Source of the DNA: Alkalispirochaeta sp. | GTDB taxonomy: Bacteria > Spirochaetota > Spirochaetia > DSM-27196 > Alkalispirochaetaceae | NCBI GenBank assembly: GCA_965601925.1 | Contig: OZ271854.1 | Span: 2,176,001 to 2,240,000, forward strand | Reading direction: 5' to 3' | Length of the DNA: 64,000 bases | Shown: positions 47,212 to 57,645 of the stretch, piece after piece | How the letters are laid out: each line of letters begins with the position of its first letter | Position numbering within the stretch: position 1 is the stretch's first letter | Notes under the pieces: model-generated | What the model saw: only the letters and a program-made list of their open reading frames with translations | Database searches by the model: none | What the model was told of the DNA's origin: nothing | Program-made: the position numbers and the translations under genes

Positions 47212-50200
47212 TCATGCGTCTTGTGATCGCGGTCTGTCCGCGATGGGCACGAGGATCTCCACGACCGTTGTGTAGATATCGGTACGACCGAAACGGAGGA
47301 TGCCGTGATGCTGTTCGACGATCGTTCGTACGATGGATAGGCCGAGTCCCGTTCCGCCCTCGGAAACGCGGGTAGAGGAAAACGGATTACCCGTCACGCC
47401 GTCGGCGTCGAGTATCGCACGAACGGGCATGCCGCGTCCTTGGTCGCATACTGCGAAAGAGACGTAGTCTTTCCCGTCCAAGGAAATACGTAGGGCGACT
47501 TTGGCCGATCGGTCGCCGAGTGCCTCGCACGCGTTTTTTATCAGATTGATGAGCGCCTGCTCGAGACGACCGGGGATCGCTTGAACAGGTGGGAGCGTCT
47601 CCGCGGCCTCATAGATGATACCGTCGGTGTGTTGATTCACCAGCAGACGGGTGAAACCGACGACTCGCTTCCCAATTTCGGCGGGCGATAGTCGTTCCCA
47701 CAGGTCGGTTCGGCCGCCGGCGGCGTACTCCCGTACCTGCGTCAGGATATCTCCGATACGCCGACTGGCATCGAGAAGGCTACCGAGTGCGCGGTCGACC
47801 CTGTCGGGATGCTCCGTGCTCTCGGCGGTGCCTATCTTGCTAAGCAGCAAACGTAGCGTCTCCCCGTTGAGTCGGAGGATGTGGTTGGCGTTTCCGATCT
47901 CGTGGGCCACGATAGACGAGAGCAGCCCCAGTGAGGACATGCGATCGGCGACGACGAGCTCTCGTTCGCGCGCCCTGAGCGTGGTTACATCGCGAAAACC
48001 GAGAGCCGCCGTCGGCGCAGGTGATCCGGCAACGGGATTCACCGAGACCATCAAAACGTGATTGTGCCATTCCAACTCTGCCTCGCGAGTAGCGGATGTG
48101 GCGATGGCGGAACTGATAAACGGCGCCAGTTCTCGCGCGAGGTCGCCACGCAGCTCGACTCGGTCATCGGAGTGGATGAGCAAAAATGGGGTGGCCACCG
48201 CGTTGTGAAAGAGTACGTCGAGGGAGTCGGTAACAAGTAGGATCGCGTCCCTCGTTGCGTCGAAAAGGATTTGAGTGTAGTGCCGTGTCCGTTCAAGCTC
48301 CCGCCGCGAAGGGTGTGGGGTCGACGATTCTCCGACGCCTTTTGACTCCCGTTTCGTCCGTTGTGCCGATGTCTGCGCCGGAAACGCGTTATATCGATCG
48401 AAACGCTCATACAGTCGTCGTAGTCGATCGGATACTCGTCGTGCCGCCGGTTTCGCACCCCACCTCTCGTACAGGCTGTGAGCCTCGTGAAGCGCCGCGA
48501 TCGCTTCGACCGATTGAGGGTTGTCGTGTAAGAGAAAATCGGCGTGGTACTCGGCGGTGATTGCGCCCTCATTGGAAAATCCGTCTTCTATCGCCGCGTG
48601 TCGTGCCTTGCGATAGAGGCGTCCCGCTCGTCTCTTATGACCGCGCCTACGGGCCCGCTCCGCTTCGAGGATATAAACCCGGTGAGGTCCCGAGGTATGC
48701 GGCCCGTAGCGCCGCGTCATCTTCACGGCTCGATCGAGCTCGTCATCATTTCCAACTTTTGCGACTACCAGACCGTAGTAGAACCAGAGTACCGTGTGTG
48801 CATACAAAGTAACACTGTGTATCTGGTCGATAGCGGCGTCCTGAAACATCCGATAGGCAAGTTCCGGGCGCTCGGCGTATACCGCTATCATCGTCTTCAG
48901 CATCTGCAAACCTGCTAAACCGAGATGATCTTCGCTCCGTTTAAGACCTTCAAAAAGGTCCGATTCCGAGGCGAGCGTAGTCTCGTCCTCCGCTCGTCCG
49001 AGTAAGCACTCGGCAGCTTGTCGATACTTTATCATGGAGGAGTTTAGCCGCACCAAACCGAGCTCATTCAGGCGGCGACCGTGCCTCGCCATAGCTGATA
49101 TTGTCTGCTCAAGTCTCCGACCACAAAAAAGCATATTTTGTAAATTTATGTTTCCACATGGTGTGGCCCACTGATAATAACCTTTGCGCATACCGTCCTC
49201 ATAAAGCTCGTCGAGTTCCGACATCGAGCGAGCGATATCGACCGTCCAGTGGGACCCACATGCGGCAGTTGCGGTACGTGTATCGTAGTACGCGATATCG
49301 TCGCCGTGGAGTCGCATGAACCACCTCGCCAGATCCAGGCCTATCTGCGCCACCTTCTGGCGTCGTTTTAGTGGTCCACCTTCAGCGGAGACCAACATGG
49401 ACCAGTACAAAAAACCGAAACTGCTGTAGGGGCTGGGCCCGTTGAAAAGAGCTTCCTTCAGGGTAATCCACGCTAAAACCGGTAGACGCTCCGGATCGAC
49501 GGTAATCAAGGAAAAAAGAAGGCCCGCGCACGTCACGGCGATAAGATCGGCGCGGGGGTTCGTCGGTCCGGCGGCGCGCACTATACTCCGATAGAGTCTT
49601 GTCGGTCGAGTTCGAGCAAGAAACGTATAGGCTTGCTTGATGTGTTTGTCGCGGACATCGTAGTCCTCGAAGTCGTCGCTCTCGACCGCTCCGAGATCGG
49701 CCAATACTCGCCAGCCGATCCTCGCGGCGCCGCGGATCCATGTTTTCGCGTAGGCACGGGAGATCCACAAAGAACGCGCGCGACTGACGTCTTCGATCGC
49801 TCCATGCGCTCGAATGAAGCGAAAATGTCGGCTCATCGCGTGACCGTCGTCGGCCGTAAAGGCGGCTTGGTGAGCGAGAAGGTGGAGGTCGAGTAGCGTA
49901 TCGCGGTCGGATGGGATATCGACATTCAGGCGCAACGCTTCCTCGTAAAAAAAGAGCGCTTCGCGCGGCACCAAAAGCGCCAGCGCCCGATCCGCCGCGG
50001 AGCGGAGTATGAGCAGCGTCTCCTCGGTCGTTACCAATCTTCTCAGCTCGGAGGCGATTCGTTCCTCTGTCTCATCGTCACCGGCGGCCACTCCGCCCGT
50101 TAGCATCCGCGCCAGGACGAACGCCGCTCGGTCGTCGCCGTTACGGACGCGATCCCTCAGTAGATTTGCCGTCGCGGCGATGCGCTCCGGTGAACCGGCC

Positions 50201-51564
50201 GCCCGCCTCCGTACCGCCGCCTCGATTGAGTCGTGACGAAAGACGATCGTGCCGGTTACCTCGTCGCGTTGAATGACCTCAGCGCGTTCCGCCTCGCGTA
50301 GGAGCGTTTCTCCCGAGTATTGCCCATACGCCGGCAGTTGAGCGACGAGCGACAGCGGGACCGGAGGGAGCAGGAGCGCCAGATACTCCAACATCGTCCG
50401 CGCCTCCGGCGACAACTCATCGATCTTGTGGTCTACGGGGTTTTCGGCTCGACGCGGTCCAGGTCGCGACCCATGCCCGAGATGAGCGAGTTGGCGCGCA
50501 GCCCGAGCGGTATCGACGATCGCCATGGGATTCCCGGGAGCCCGAGCGGCGACCCACGCCGCAAGACGTCGCTCCTCGCTACCGTGCCGGCCCGGGATAA
50601 GAAGCGATCGTAGGAGATCCTCGCTCTCTTCCGATGTCAGAGGCGCGACGGTGAGCTCTTCTAGTCGTAGACTCGAGGGAAGTTTTGATGACGCCGCAGG
50701 ACGGCCCAGAAAGACGACCAGTAATCTGTCCGGGTCATTTGCTACGATTCGCAAGACCGCCGCGCTTTGCTCGTCAAGCCATTGAAGGTCGTCAACGGCA
50801 AGTACGGTAGCTCCTTCCGCGGACCTCTCGGCCAGTCGACGTAGTAGGGCGGCGAGGGCGGCGGGAATGTCGATGCGGTGTTCCGCGGGGGCGCCCGTCG
50901 CCCACTCGTCGTCGATCAGTTCCTGGGAAAGAATCAAACGTAATACCCCGCGCCCTCCCTGGTGTCGTCCCGGAGAGGCCATGATCTCAGCCAAGACCTT
51001 CGACGCCGGAAGATCCTCCGCAGCGGACCGGGCGCGGAGCATTTGAACGAGAAGCGCCGAGTAGGTTAGATACGGTGAGCTACCGCTTTGGGGGCTCTTA
51101 TCGTACACCCAAATATCGCCGTCGCGTCGTTCGACCGCTTCCACCGATCGCCAGAGGTAGGTCTTACCGATCCCCGAGTCACCCGTCACCACTACCGCGT
51201 GTCCAGCCCCATTTCGGGCGGCGGTCACCAAAGCGACCAACCGCTCGAATAGTACCCTTCGGCTCGGTGGGATGCCGACTTGCGAGACGAGGAGACGCAC
51301 GTCGCGCTCCAAGTCAGCCGTAGTAGCGTAGCCGTCGCCGGTCGCAGTGACCGCCCGTGATATGATGCGATTGAGAATGCGCAACTGCACCGGGTCGATG
51401 TCGTCACGATCGACGACCCATCCGACCGTAGCTCCCTCTTGTGCGCCGGTGCTCACGATCGAGTATCCTACACGGCCGAGAGTACGGACACTCGTCGTCG
51501 AATCGGCGCGATCGATTCGACGTAACCACTCGGCCAGTGCGTCGGATAGTAGGAAGTAGTTCAT
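47212..51564 (-). CDS. AAA-ATPase-domain sensor histidine kinase
   Basis: GDSGIGKT, VDDLQWLD, AHEIGN, NLIKNA, DQGRG, GTGLGL. Confidence 0.88.
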   Translation of the reverse strand: MNYFLLSDALAEWLRRIDRADSTTSVRTLGRVGYSIVSTGAQEGATVGWVVDRDDIDPVQLRILNRIISRAVTATGDGYATTADLERDVRLLVSQVGIPPSRRVLFERLVALVTAARNGAGHAVVVTGDSGIGKTYLWRSVEAVERRDGDIWVYDKSPQSGSSPYLTYSALLVQMLRARSAAEDLPASKVLAEIMASPGRHQGGRGVLRLILSQELIDDEWATGAPAEHRIDIPAALAALLRRLAERSAEGATVLAVDDLQWLDEQSAAVLRIVANDPDRLLVVFLGRPAASSKLPSSLRLEELTVAPLTSEESEDLLRSLLIPGRHGSEERRLAAWVAARAPGNPMAIVDTARAARQLAHLGHGSRPGPRRAENPVDHKIDELSPEARTMLEYLALLLPPVPLSLVAQLPAYGQYSGETLLREAERAEVIQRDEVTGTIVFRHDSIEAAVRRRAAGSPERIAATANLLRDRVRNGDDRAAFVLARMLTGGVAAGDDETEERIASELRRLVTTEETLLILRSAADRALALLVPREALFFYEEALRLNVDIPSDRDTLLDLHLLAHQAAFTADDGHAMSRHFRFIRAHGAIEDVSRARSLWISRAYAKTWIRGAARIGWRVLADLGAVESDDFEDYDVRDKHIKQAYTFLARTRPTRLYRSIVRAAGPTNPRADLIAVTCAGLLFSLITVDPERLPVLAWITLKEALFNGPSPYSSFGFLYWSMLVSAEGGPLKRRQKVAQIGLDLARWFMRLHGDDIAYYDTRTATAACGSHWTVDIARSMSELDELYEDGMRKGYYQWATPCGNINLQNMLFCGRRLEQTISAMARHGRRLNELGLVRLNSSMIKYRQAAECLLGRAEDETTLASESDLFEGLKRSEDHLGLAGLQMLKTMIAVYAERPELAYRMFQDAAIDQIHSVTLYAHTVLWFYYGLVVAKVGNDDELDRAVKMTRRYGPHTSGPHRVYILEAERARRRGHKRRAGRLYRKARHAAIEDGFSNEGAITAEYHADFLLHDNPQSVEAIAALHEAHSLYERWGAKPAARRVSDRLRRLYERFDRYNAFPAQTSAQRTKRESKGVGESSTPHPSRRELERTRHYTQILFDATRDAILLVTDSLDVLFHNAVATPFLLIHSDDRVELRGDLARELAPFISSAIATSATREAELEWHNHVLMVSVNPVAGSPAPTAALGFRDVTTLRARERELVVADRMSSLGLLSSIVAHEIGNANHILRLNGETLRLLLSKIGTAESTEHPDRVDRALGSLLDASRRIGDILTQVREYAAGGRTDLWERLSPAEIGKRVVGFTRLLVNQHTDGIIYEAAETLPPVQAIPGRLEQALINLIKNACEALGDRSAKVALRISLDGKDYVSFAVCDQGRGMPVRAILDADGVTGNPFSSTRVSEGGTGLGLSIVRTIVEQHHGILRFGRTDIYTTVVEILVPIADRPRSQDA

Positions 51565-51667
51565 CGCCGGAGTCCTGTAAGGAATAACCGTAAGTGTTGC
51601 TTCTCAGTACATTAGTTCACAATGGCATTTTATGATACCATATCCAGTCACTATCAAAGGGGGGTAC

Positions 51668-52468
51668 ATGCATCGAGAAGCTTCGACCGTGATAGTCGTG
51701 CCCGGAGGACCCGGACTCCCTTATTCTTTCTACAAGGAGTTAGTCTCCGATATATCCGCGTTTTCTCGGCCCGTCACATACGCCCGACACGGACTGTTCC
51801 CGCATAACGATGGCGATTTTCCGCGATCGTTCGGTGAGGCGGCGGACGAGCTTGCCGACGCAGTGACGGAGGTCGGGGGTCGAGCCGTCTTTCTCGGCCA
51901 TTCGTTCGGTGCCGCCGTCGCATTAGAGGCGCTCTGTCGCGGCGTGGAGGTTGCCGGAGCCGTCCTGATAAGCGGCTTCTTCTCCGGACAAATGGTCCGT
52001 CGCGGCGTCCTTGCACGCATCGAAGCATTTCCTCATGAGTTCCACGAACGCTACAACGGTAGAGACGGCAGAGACCCGGAGACGATAGCCGAACTTCTCG
52101 CCACGCACTGGTTCCCCCGACATTTCTGTCGTGCTGAGTGGCCCGATTCATTTTCGGAAGGGCTCGAAACCTTAAATAGATCTTATCTCGAACACTTTCT
52201 GGGTGCGAATATTTTTGATCTTTCCGGAGTTGCGATGACGTGGGATCGTTCGGTCGATCTCGGACGAATCGATGTTCCTACGCTTCTCGTAACGGGACGG
52301 AACGACTACTTTCGACAGGAGGATGTCGAAGCGATGCACCACGCTATCCGCGGTAGCACGTTGTGGATCAGCGAGCCGTCGAGTCATTCGCCGTGGATCG
52401 AAGACCGAGAACCGACTATCGACGTAATTCGCTCTTTCGTGGAACGTCTCACACCGGATGGCCGTTGA
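51668..52468 (+). CDS. Alpha/beta hydrolase (proline iminopeptidase-like)
   Basis: GGPG, GHSFG, G.ND, SSHSP. Confidence 0.85.
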   Translation: MHREASTVIVVPGGPGLPYSFYKELVSDISAFSRPVTYARHGLFPHNDGDFPRSFGEAADELADAVTEVGGRAVFLGHSFGAAVALEALCRGVEVAGAVLISGFFSGQMVRRGVLARIEAFPHEFHERYNGRDGRDPETIAELLATHWFPRHFCRAEWPDSFSEGLETLNRSYLEHFLGANIFDLSGVAMTWDRSVDLGRIDVPTLLVTGRNDYFRQEDVEAMHHAIRGSTLWISEPSSHSPWIEDREPTIDVIRSFVERLTPDGR

Positions 52469-53922
52469 TGATACGAACTCGGAGCGCATCCGAACCCATT
52501 CTCCTCGTCGACGATGAGCAAGAGGTCCTGGCGGCTCAACGGGAGCTACTCGAGATAGAGGGATTTGCCAACCTATCCGAGGCATCCTCCGCGTCGAGGG
52601 CGCGGGAGGTAATGAAAAAAGCGGATATCTCCTTGGTAGTCCTGGATTTGAAGTTGCCGAAGGAGTCGGGGTTGGAGCTTTTGGCGTGGATGAGAGAACG
52701 CTACCCGGATACGGAGGTTCTCGTGGTCACCGGTTCCTCGGATATCTCGGTCGCGGTCGAATGCATGCGCACCGGGGCGTATGATTTTTTGGTGAAGGGG
52801 AGCGATACCGCACGCCTTCCCGCCGCGGTTCGCAACGCCCTTGACCACCGTCTCACCACGTTGGAAAACGCTAGACTGCGACGCGCATTGTTACTCGGAA
52901 CGCTGAGCCGTCCCGAGAGCTTCGCCGATTTTGTGACTGACAACTCGACGATTCGTCACATTTTTGTCTACTTGGAGGCGGTGGCGGAAACATCCGATCC
53001 AATTTTGATCACCGGCGAGACCGGGGTCGGCAAAGAGGTGGTTGCGCGCGCGGTTCATCGTGCCAGCGGCCGTACCCGGCCGTTCGTTGCGGTCAATCTG
53101 GGAGGATTGGACGATCAGTCGATCAGCGACACGCTCTTCGGTCATAGTCGTGGCGCGTTCACCGGCGCGGTCGAGCGTCGCGACGGACTGATCCGCAGAG
53201 CCGCCGACGGGACGCTCTTTCTGGATGAGTTTGCCGAGATATCGCCTGAGTCGCAGGTGAAGTTACTGCGCCTCATCGACACGGGTGAGTTCATGCCTTT
53301 GGGAAGCGACAAGGTGTACACGTCACAAGCGCGTTTGATATTCGCCACCAACCGCAAGATAGAAAGTGAAACGGAGGCGGGTCGATTTCGACGCGATCTC
53401 TTTTTTCGGATTTCCAACCACTGGGTCGAGATACCGCCTCTGCGAAGTCGCGTCGGCGATATCCGCCCCCTTTTGGACCACCTTGCGGGCCGCCACGCCG
53501 AGCGGCTCGGACGCGCGCCGTTGCCCGTCACCGACGACGTCGTCGAGCGGATAACGGCTCTTCCGCTGACCGGGAACGTTCGCGAACTGGAGCGAATCGT
53601 CGTCGGCTCGTTGATACGGGGTGAGTGGCATCTCGACGGTACGCCCGCGCCGGTGGGGCGACGCGGCGTCGGCGATGCCGCCGAGAGTCCGGTCACCGTC
53701 GATACGTCGGACGACGGGGGGGACGCCGATGAGGTGATCTTCGGCGCAACGCTTCCGACTCCCGACATCCTCGTCGAGGCGCTCCTGCGCGAGGCGGTCC
53801 GTCGCCATCCGGGGAACCGCGCTGCGGCCGCCGCGGCCGTCGGCCTATCGCCCCAAGCCTTTGCCAACCGGTGGCGGCGTATGGCGGGTAAACTCAGTCA
53901 TGAGACCGGCCGGATACCGTGA
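52468..53922 (+). CDS. Sigma54-dependent response regulator (NtrC family)
   Basis: Receiver domain, GETGVGKE, GAFTGA, LFLDE, GNVREL. Confidence 0.93.
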   Translation: MIRTRSASEPILLVDDEQEVLAAQRELLEIEGFANLSEASSASRAREVMKKADISLVVLDLKLPKESGLELLAWMRERYPDTEVLVVTGSSDISVAVECMRTGAYDFLVKGSDTARLPAAVRNALDHRLTTLENARLRRALLLGTLSRPESFADFVTDNSTIRHIFVYLEAVAETSDPILITGETGVGKEVVARAVHRASGRTRPFVAVNLGGLDDQSISDTLFGHSRGAFTGAVERRDGLIRRAADGTLFLDEFAEISPESQVKLLRLIDTGEFMPLGSDKVYTSQARLIFATNRKIESETEAGRFRRDLFFRISNHWVEIPPLRSRVGDIRPLLDHLAGRHAERLGRAPLPVTDDVVERITALPLTGNVRELERIVVGSLIRGEWHLDGTPAPVGRRGVGDAAESPVTVDTSDDGGDADEVIFGATLPTPDILVEALLREAVRRHPGNRAAAAAAVGLSPQAFANRWRRMAGKLSHETGRIP

Positions 53923-54003
53923 GCAGCGCTATGCGGCGCAGGGCCGTATAAGAATCGCAGGTATGTTGCTCCAGATGTAGATCTACGATCCCACCGCCGT
54001 CTG

Positions 54004-55539
54004 CTATTCTTGTCCAGTCGTGTCAACGAATCCTTGATTCTTGTAGTTTCCGCCGAACATCGGCCACGGCGAGCGTTCGTCCGGACCGGCGACATCGCTG
54101 TACATAGCGATAACATAGGTGAAGTAGCCGAAGTACAGTGTGCCCCTCGGTCCAATTACAATCGGACTCCTTATTTGCGCCGTTCCATTGTCGTTGTTCA
54201 ATACCAATCCCATCTCCTCCAGGGACTCATTGAGGTGTACGCTTGTCCATTTATGTGTGCCGTTTGCGTTCACGGCTTCGATGGTCTGCGCGCGCGAGAA
54301 AAAAATCGTACCATCATTTGCGACGGCACCGGAGCGACCCATCGCTCCACCGTCCCCCAGTACATACGTCCATAGCACGAATCCGTCATCCGGCGAGATA
54401 GCGTGTGCATCACCACGAACGTGGACGGTGTAGATGGTGCCGTCGCCCGCTATCACCGGCGCTACTCCTACGCCTGCTTTTCGCCAAAGCTCCGTTTCGT
54501 TCGGCAAATCGTATGCTCTCAGAATGTTGCTTCCGAACGACCCGGCGTACAGTACGCCCGTGTTTGTCACCGCGGGATGAGGAACTATGCTCATATTCAG
54601 TTTGTCCGAGTAATCTAACTGTAAGGCGCCCGCTAACCACTTGAACTCCGATCCACCGGAAATGATCACGTCGAACGTCGTACCAAACTCACCGATTATC
54701 GGTGAGGAGATGAAACTCTCGGTAATAGATCGAACCAACGTCCCGTCCGGCCGTACCAATCGCAATGCGTTGTCGTCGTTGAAAACGATTGCGTTGTTCG
54801 GTCCCGAGATTGCGGGGGAGTACTCACCCGGGCTAAGAGTATCAAGGTTCCACCGAAAACTTCCGTCGGAGTTCATCACCAAGAGCCCCCCGCCCTCGAT
54901 TCCTCGAGCGCGAAGTTCAATGGTGAATACAACGTACCCATCATCAGAAACAGAAGCGCCGACGGGACCGGGAGTACCGGTGTCGGTTAACTCATACGAC
55001 CATTTCGTTTCGCCGCTTGGGAAAAGTGCCTCTATTCTCCCGGGGCGTCCCGTGTACAGGATACCGTTATCGTCGAGCGCCGGCCTCTCAACAGTATCCG
55101 TGAGCGTTGTGTCGTATATCCATTTTATCTCTCCGACTCTGCCGGTCGTTGCAGAGACCGTAACCGGATCCGAAGTGATCCCGGCTGAAGATACCGAGGC
55201 AAGCTCTATTGACAACGTGGTCCCTTCCGACAGCTCGCGAATTTCAAGGTATTCTGCTGTCGGGTCCGCCACCGCCGATCCGGCGGCGCCTCCGGTCCAT
55301 CGTATCTCGACGGAATCGACAGCGTCATCGTCCGGAGCCTTCCAATAAATTCCGAGGTAGTCTATACCTCGATCTACGTGAACGTCGTCCACCTTCCGAG
55401 GTACTGTGCCGTTTCCTGGTGTTAGTTCGCCGCCTCCTGAAATTGCACACGTTGTCAACATAGGTATGACTATTGAAGAAACTACGAACATGAATGCTTG
55501 TCTCGGGATGATTGCCTGAACTATTTTGTTTTTCCGCAT
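54004..55539 (-). CDS. Exported protein with FN3-like and PQQ-like beta-propeller repeats
   Basis: Repeated P....DGT.Y...A..P.G...W blades. Confidence 0.8.
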   Translation of the reverse strand: MRKNKIVQAIIPRQAFMFVVSSIVIPMLTTCAISGGGELTPGNGTVPRKVDDVHVDRGIDYLGIYWKAPDDDAVDSVEIRWTGGAAGSAVADPTAEYLEIRELSEGTTLSIELASVSSAGITSDPVTVSATTGRVGEIKWIYDTTLTDTVERPALDDNGILYTGRPGRIEALFPSGETKWSYELTDTGTPGPVGASVSDDGYVVFTIELRARGIEGGGLLVMNSDGSFRWNLDTLSPGEYSPAISGPNNAIVFNDDNALRLVRPDGTLVRSITESFISSPIIGEFGTTFDVIISGGSEFKWLAGALQLDYSDKLNMSIVPHPAVTNTGVLYAGSFGSNILRAYDLPNETELWRKAGVGVAPVIAGDGTIYTVHVRGDAHAISPDDGFVLWTYVLGDGGAMGRSGAVANDGTIFFSRAQTIEAVNANGTHKWTSVHLNESLEEMGLVLNNDNGTAQIRSPIVIGPRGTLYFGYFTYVIAMYSDVAGPDERSPWPMFGGNYKNQGFVDTTGQE

Positions 55540-55839
55540 TTAGTTGCTCATCCTTTCATAATGGTCTTTGAACGTGGAACTACTCGACAGCACCAAGTAA
55601 TTTTTATGCCAGGAATAGCTTTCGTTGAAATTTCGCTTTCCAAACTCGTAAGTCTTTATGAACAAGACTTATACGGAGCTCGTTGCTAATATCGCGGCGA
55701 CTCTTGCAAAACCGGCCGGAGGAGCAACGACACGAATCGTGAATGACCGCGTATCGGTTTGTGCATGCTTCGTGAAGTGCGATCGTGAGGAAAGTGACTA
55801 GGCAGAGTTATTTCGGACTCGCAGGATGACGAATCGAAC

Positions 55840-56050
55840 CGCGTCGTGATCCTGGCCTTTCCCCGAACGGCACGGGTGATGTCCAAATCGCGCATCAGGC
55901 GTTCCACCGTACATCGGGCCACCTGAATATCGTCCCGTTCGAGTTCCCTAAAACGCTTCCGTTTATCGGTGGTCACCCCTGCGCGTTGGCTACCGTCCCG
56001 TTCGGCCCGGCGCACCCGGTCGTGGGAGCGTTTTCTGGGTGCAGCCGATC
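55840..56050 (-). pseudogene. IS3-family (IS51-like) transposase remnant
   Basis: VARCTVERLMR...VRGK...TT. Confidence 0.75.
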
Positions 56051-56548
56051 TTCACGGCCACCGACTCGATCATCGCCCATTGCGATTCGTAGTGGTTCTG
56101 TTGTTCCGACACGAGCCGAACGATCTCGCGGTAGGAATAGTCACTCGCTTTCGCGCTGGATCAACCATCCGAGAACACGCGACCTGCAGTAATGCGCGTA
56201 ACCGTACGAAAAGTGTTGGTGGCCGCGTCGACGCATCGCGTGTTGCAGGCGGCTTGTAAGGCGTTACGCACGTCTCTCATAGGCTTCTCGTAAGAATCAT
56301 TGATTCGATCTCCCTCAGAGGAGGCGACACAAAAGGTTTAGTCCGCGACACGGTTCGTGTAGATCCGCAACGGGACACTGGTGCCTTAGAGAAGCATATG
56401 CGGAGCACAAAACGGTGACATTCGGCTTTTGTGTTTCTAAGTCATTCTGTGAAATAGGGCTGCGCGAAAGACCCGCCTCTTGCTCAGCCCGAGCGACGCT
56501 CGTGTGCGGTATGGCACGATTATTGATAGGTGAGGGCAGGAGGCACAT

Positions 56549-57553
56549 ATGAAACGAACCATGGTGCGTATAACGTTCTTCCTCATTGCTGCGCTTTTCA
56601 GTCTGTTACTGTACGGCTGTAGCAATCTTTTCGGCGGTGACGATAACGGTCAAGGAGGCGACGGCGATACGCCCAACGACACGGTGGTCGTCGACAGTCC
56701 CGATGATCTCATGAACGCCCTCGATATACCGGGTGCAACTGCGCAGACGGGTGACATTCCCGCTCCGCCGGGATCTCCCGGCACGACGCTCGCACTCGAC
56801 ACGGAGGAGATCGTCGTGACCGCAAACTCCGAGCATCGACTTCGATACTCCGTCTCGGATGGCGTAGATGATCCGGTGGCAATGTACATTCAGTTCGAAG
56901 GAGTTGATGGCCACTTCGTCGTCGACCTCACCGAGACATCGGCTTCTCAGGCCATCGCGAAGGTTATCGAGACGCAAGTCGTCGGCCCCGTATCGACGTT
57001 GCCGCCTGGAATAACAGGGGTGAGGCCGATTCGCGGTCTACCGGGATTACAACCTAGCGGGGTCTATGAAAGCACTCCTTTGGAAGTCAGTACCACCGTT
57101 CAAACGTACTCTGCTCCTCTCCAAGCCGGAGTTCCCGACTTCAGCTTTATAACCGACCCCAATCGATGGAGCAATCCCGTGACGGTTACGACACGTGTGG
57201 TAAACGTCGGATCCGGCGAGTTCCAAGTTAGCTTGACGTGGAACACGACGGCAGACTTAGATCTGTGGCTAAACCAGCCCGATGAAAGCAGAATCTGGTA
57301 TCAGGCGCCTACATCTGAGGCGTCCGGCGGTCAGCTCGATGTTGACGATACCGACGGATACGGCCCTGAAAACATCTTCTTCGACGGCCGGCCGGGCCTT
57401 ACCGGTCCTTATACCATCGTCGTATCCCATTTCAGTGGACAGTCACCGACAAACTACACTGTGACGGTCACCATAGACGGGTCGACGGAAACCCATTCCG
57501 GAGCGATTACGATGTTTGATCGAGTACTGATCGATACGGTAACGATCGAGTAG
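56549..57553 (+). CDS. Lipoprotein with YfaP-like C-terminal domain
   Basis: LYGC lipobox; VSLTW...DLDL...LDVDD..GYGPENI. Confidence 0.8.
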   Translation: MKRTMVRITFFLIAALFSLLLYGCSNLFGGDDNGQGGDGDTPNDTVVVDSPDDLMNALDIPGATAQTGDIPAPPGSPGTTLALDTEEIVVTANSEHRLRYSVSDGVDDPVAMYIQFEGVDGHFVVDLTETSASQAIAKVIETQVVGPVSTLPPGITGVRPIRGLPGLQPSGVYESTPLEVSTTVQTYSAPLQAGVPDFSFITDPNRWSNPVTVTTRVVNVGSGEFQVSLTWNTTADLDLWLNQPDESRIWYQAPTSEASGGQLDVDDTDGYGPENIFFDGRPGLTGPYTIVVSHFSGQSPTNYTVTVTIDGSTETHSGAITMFDRVLIDTVTIE

Positions 57554-57645
57554 ATACGATTGGCATACGGCCATGATCGTATGTTCCTCGGCGTGAGTGA
57601 GTCGCGGTGCCGTTTCCACGTTGGCGCAGGGACCGCCCGGCTCGC

